DNA of 64,000 bases, from the NCBI RefSeq assembly GCF_006345805.1, contig NC_043019.1:13639360-13703359 (forward strand), given 5' to 3'. Position numbers and translations under genes: made by a program. This stretch comes from Octopus sinensis. Lineage: Eukaryota. Numbering within the stretch: the stretch's first letter is position 1; each line of letters opens with the position of its first letter. Under the pieces are notes generated by a model. The model had not been told where the DNA came from. It worked only from the letters and a program-made list of their open reading frames with translations, and searched no databases. Of the stretch, positions 63,600 to 64,000 are shown in pieces.

Positions 63600-63755
63600 C
63601 AGGGCGTGGCTCTGTGGTAAAAAGCTTGCTTCCCAATCAAATGATTCCGGGTTAAGTCTTACAGCGTGGAAACTTTGACAAGTGTCTTCTGCTATAGGCC
63701 ACTCAAGACCTTGGGAATGGATTTGGTTGTGGGAAACTTAAAGAAGCTGGCAGTA
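63600..63755 (+). mobile_element. degenerate family A-like SINE head
   Basis: GGCGTGGCTCTGTGGTAAAAAGCTTGCTTCCC...CTTTGACAAGTGTCTTCTGCTATAG. Confidence 0.7.
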
Positions 63756-64000
63756 TATATATATATAGCCGTAACTTGTTCATAAATATTATATTATATG
63801 TAATATGAGAGAGTTTAATTATGTATTAACTAAATGGATTTTACTGAAATTGATGGGTGAACGTTTGGCCAATCGGATATGCAAGGAGCCGTGTAACCGT
63901 TGATTCGTAGGTTCGATTCTGCTTGAGGTTAGCTCATCATTTTTCTGTCATTTGTTTGTATTTAAAAATTATCGCTTCAAATTGGAGAATAAATATTAGT

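Overview
AT-rich eukaryotic scaffold dominated by micro- and minisatellites, SINEs, MITEs and decayed retroelement fragments, with one 100-N gap (49000-49099). The SINE families look like those of octopod cephalopods (Octopus sp.); this is recalled pattern recognition, not a database result. No protein-coding gene can be called with confidence. The long ORFs in the track are translations of simple or tandem repeats, and only a few isolated exon-like segments, mostly on the minus strand, are offered as weak candidates. The most notable structures are: (i) minimal hammerhead-ribozyme motifs, one with an intact core (62563-62607) and several in short Penelope-like elements sitting in (TA)n tracts; (ii) a tandem array of four RTE LINE 3'-end fragments embedded in a ~55-bp minisatellite and later hit precisely by a non-autonomous Helitron (3 copies in the window); (iii) a ~3-kb 26-bp satellite grown from an internal module of a SINE; (iv) a 53-bp fold-back hairpin and closely spaced inverted SINE pairs that could form dsRNA; (v) 780-bp and ~730-bp local duplications. 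SINE family labels A-E are my own working names. Boundaries of degenerate repeats are approximate (+/-10-20 bp).
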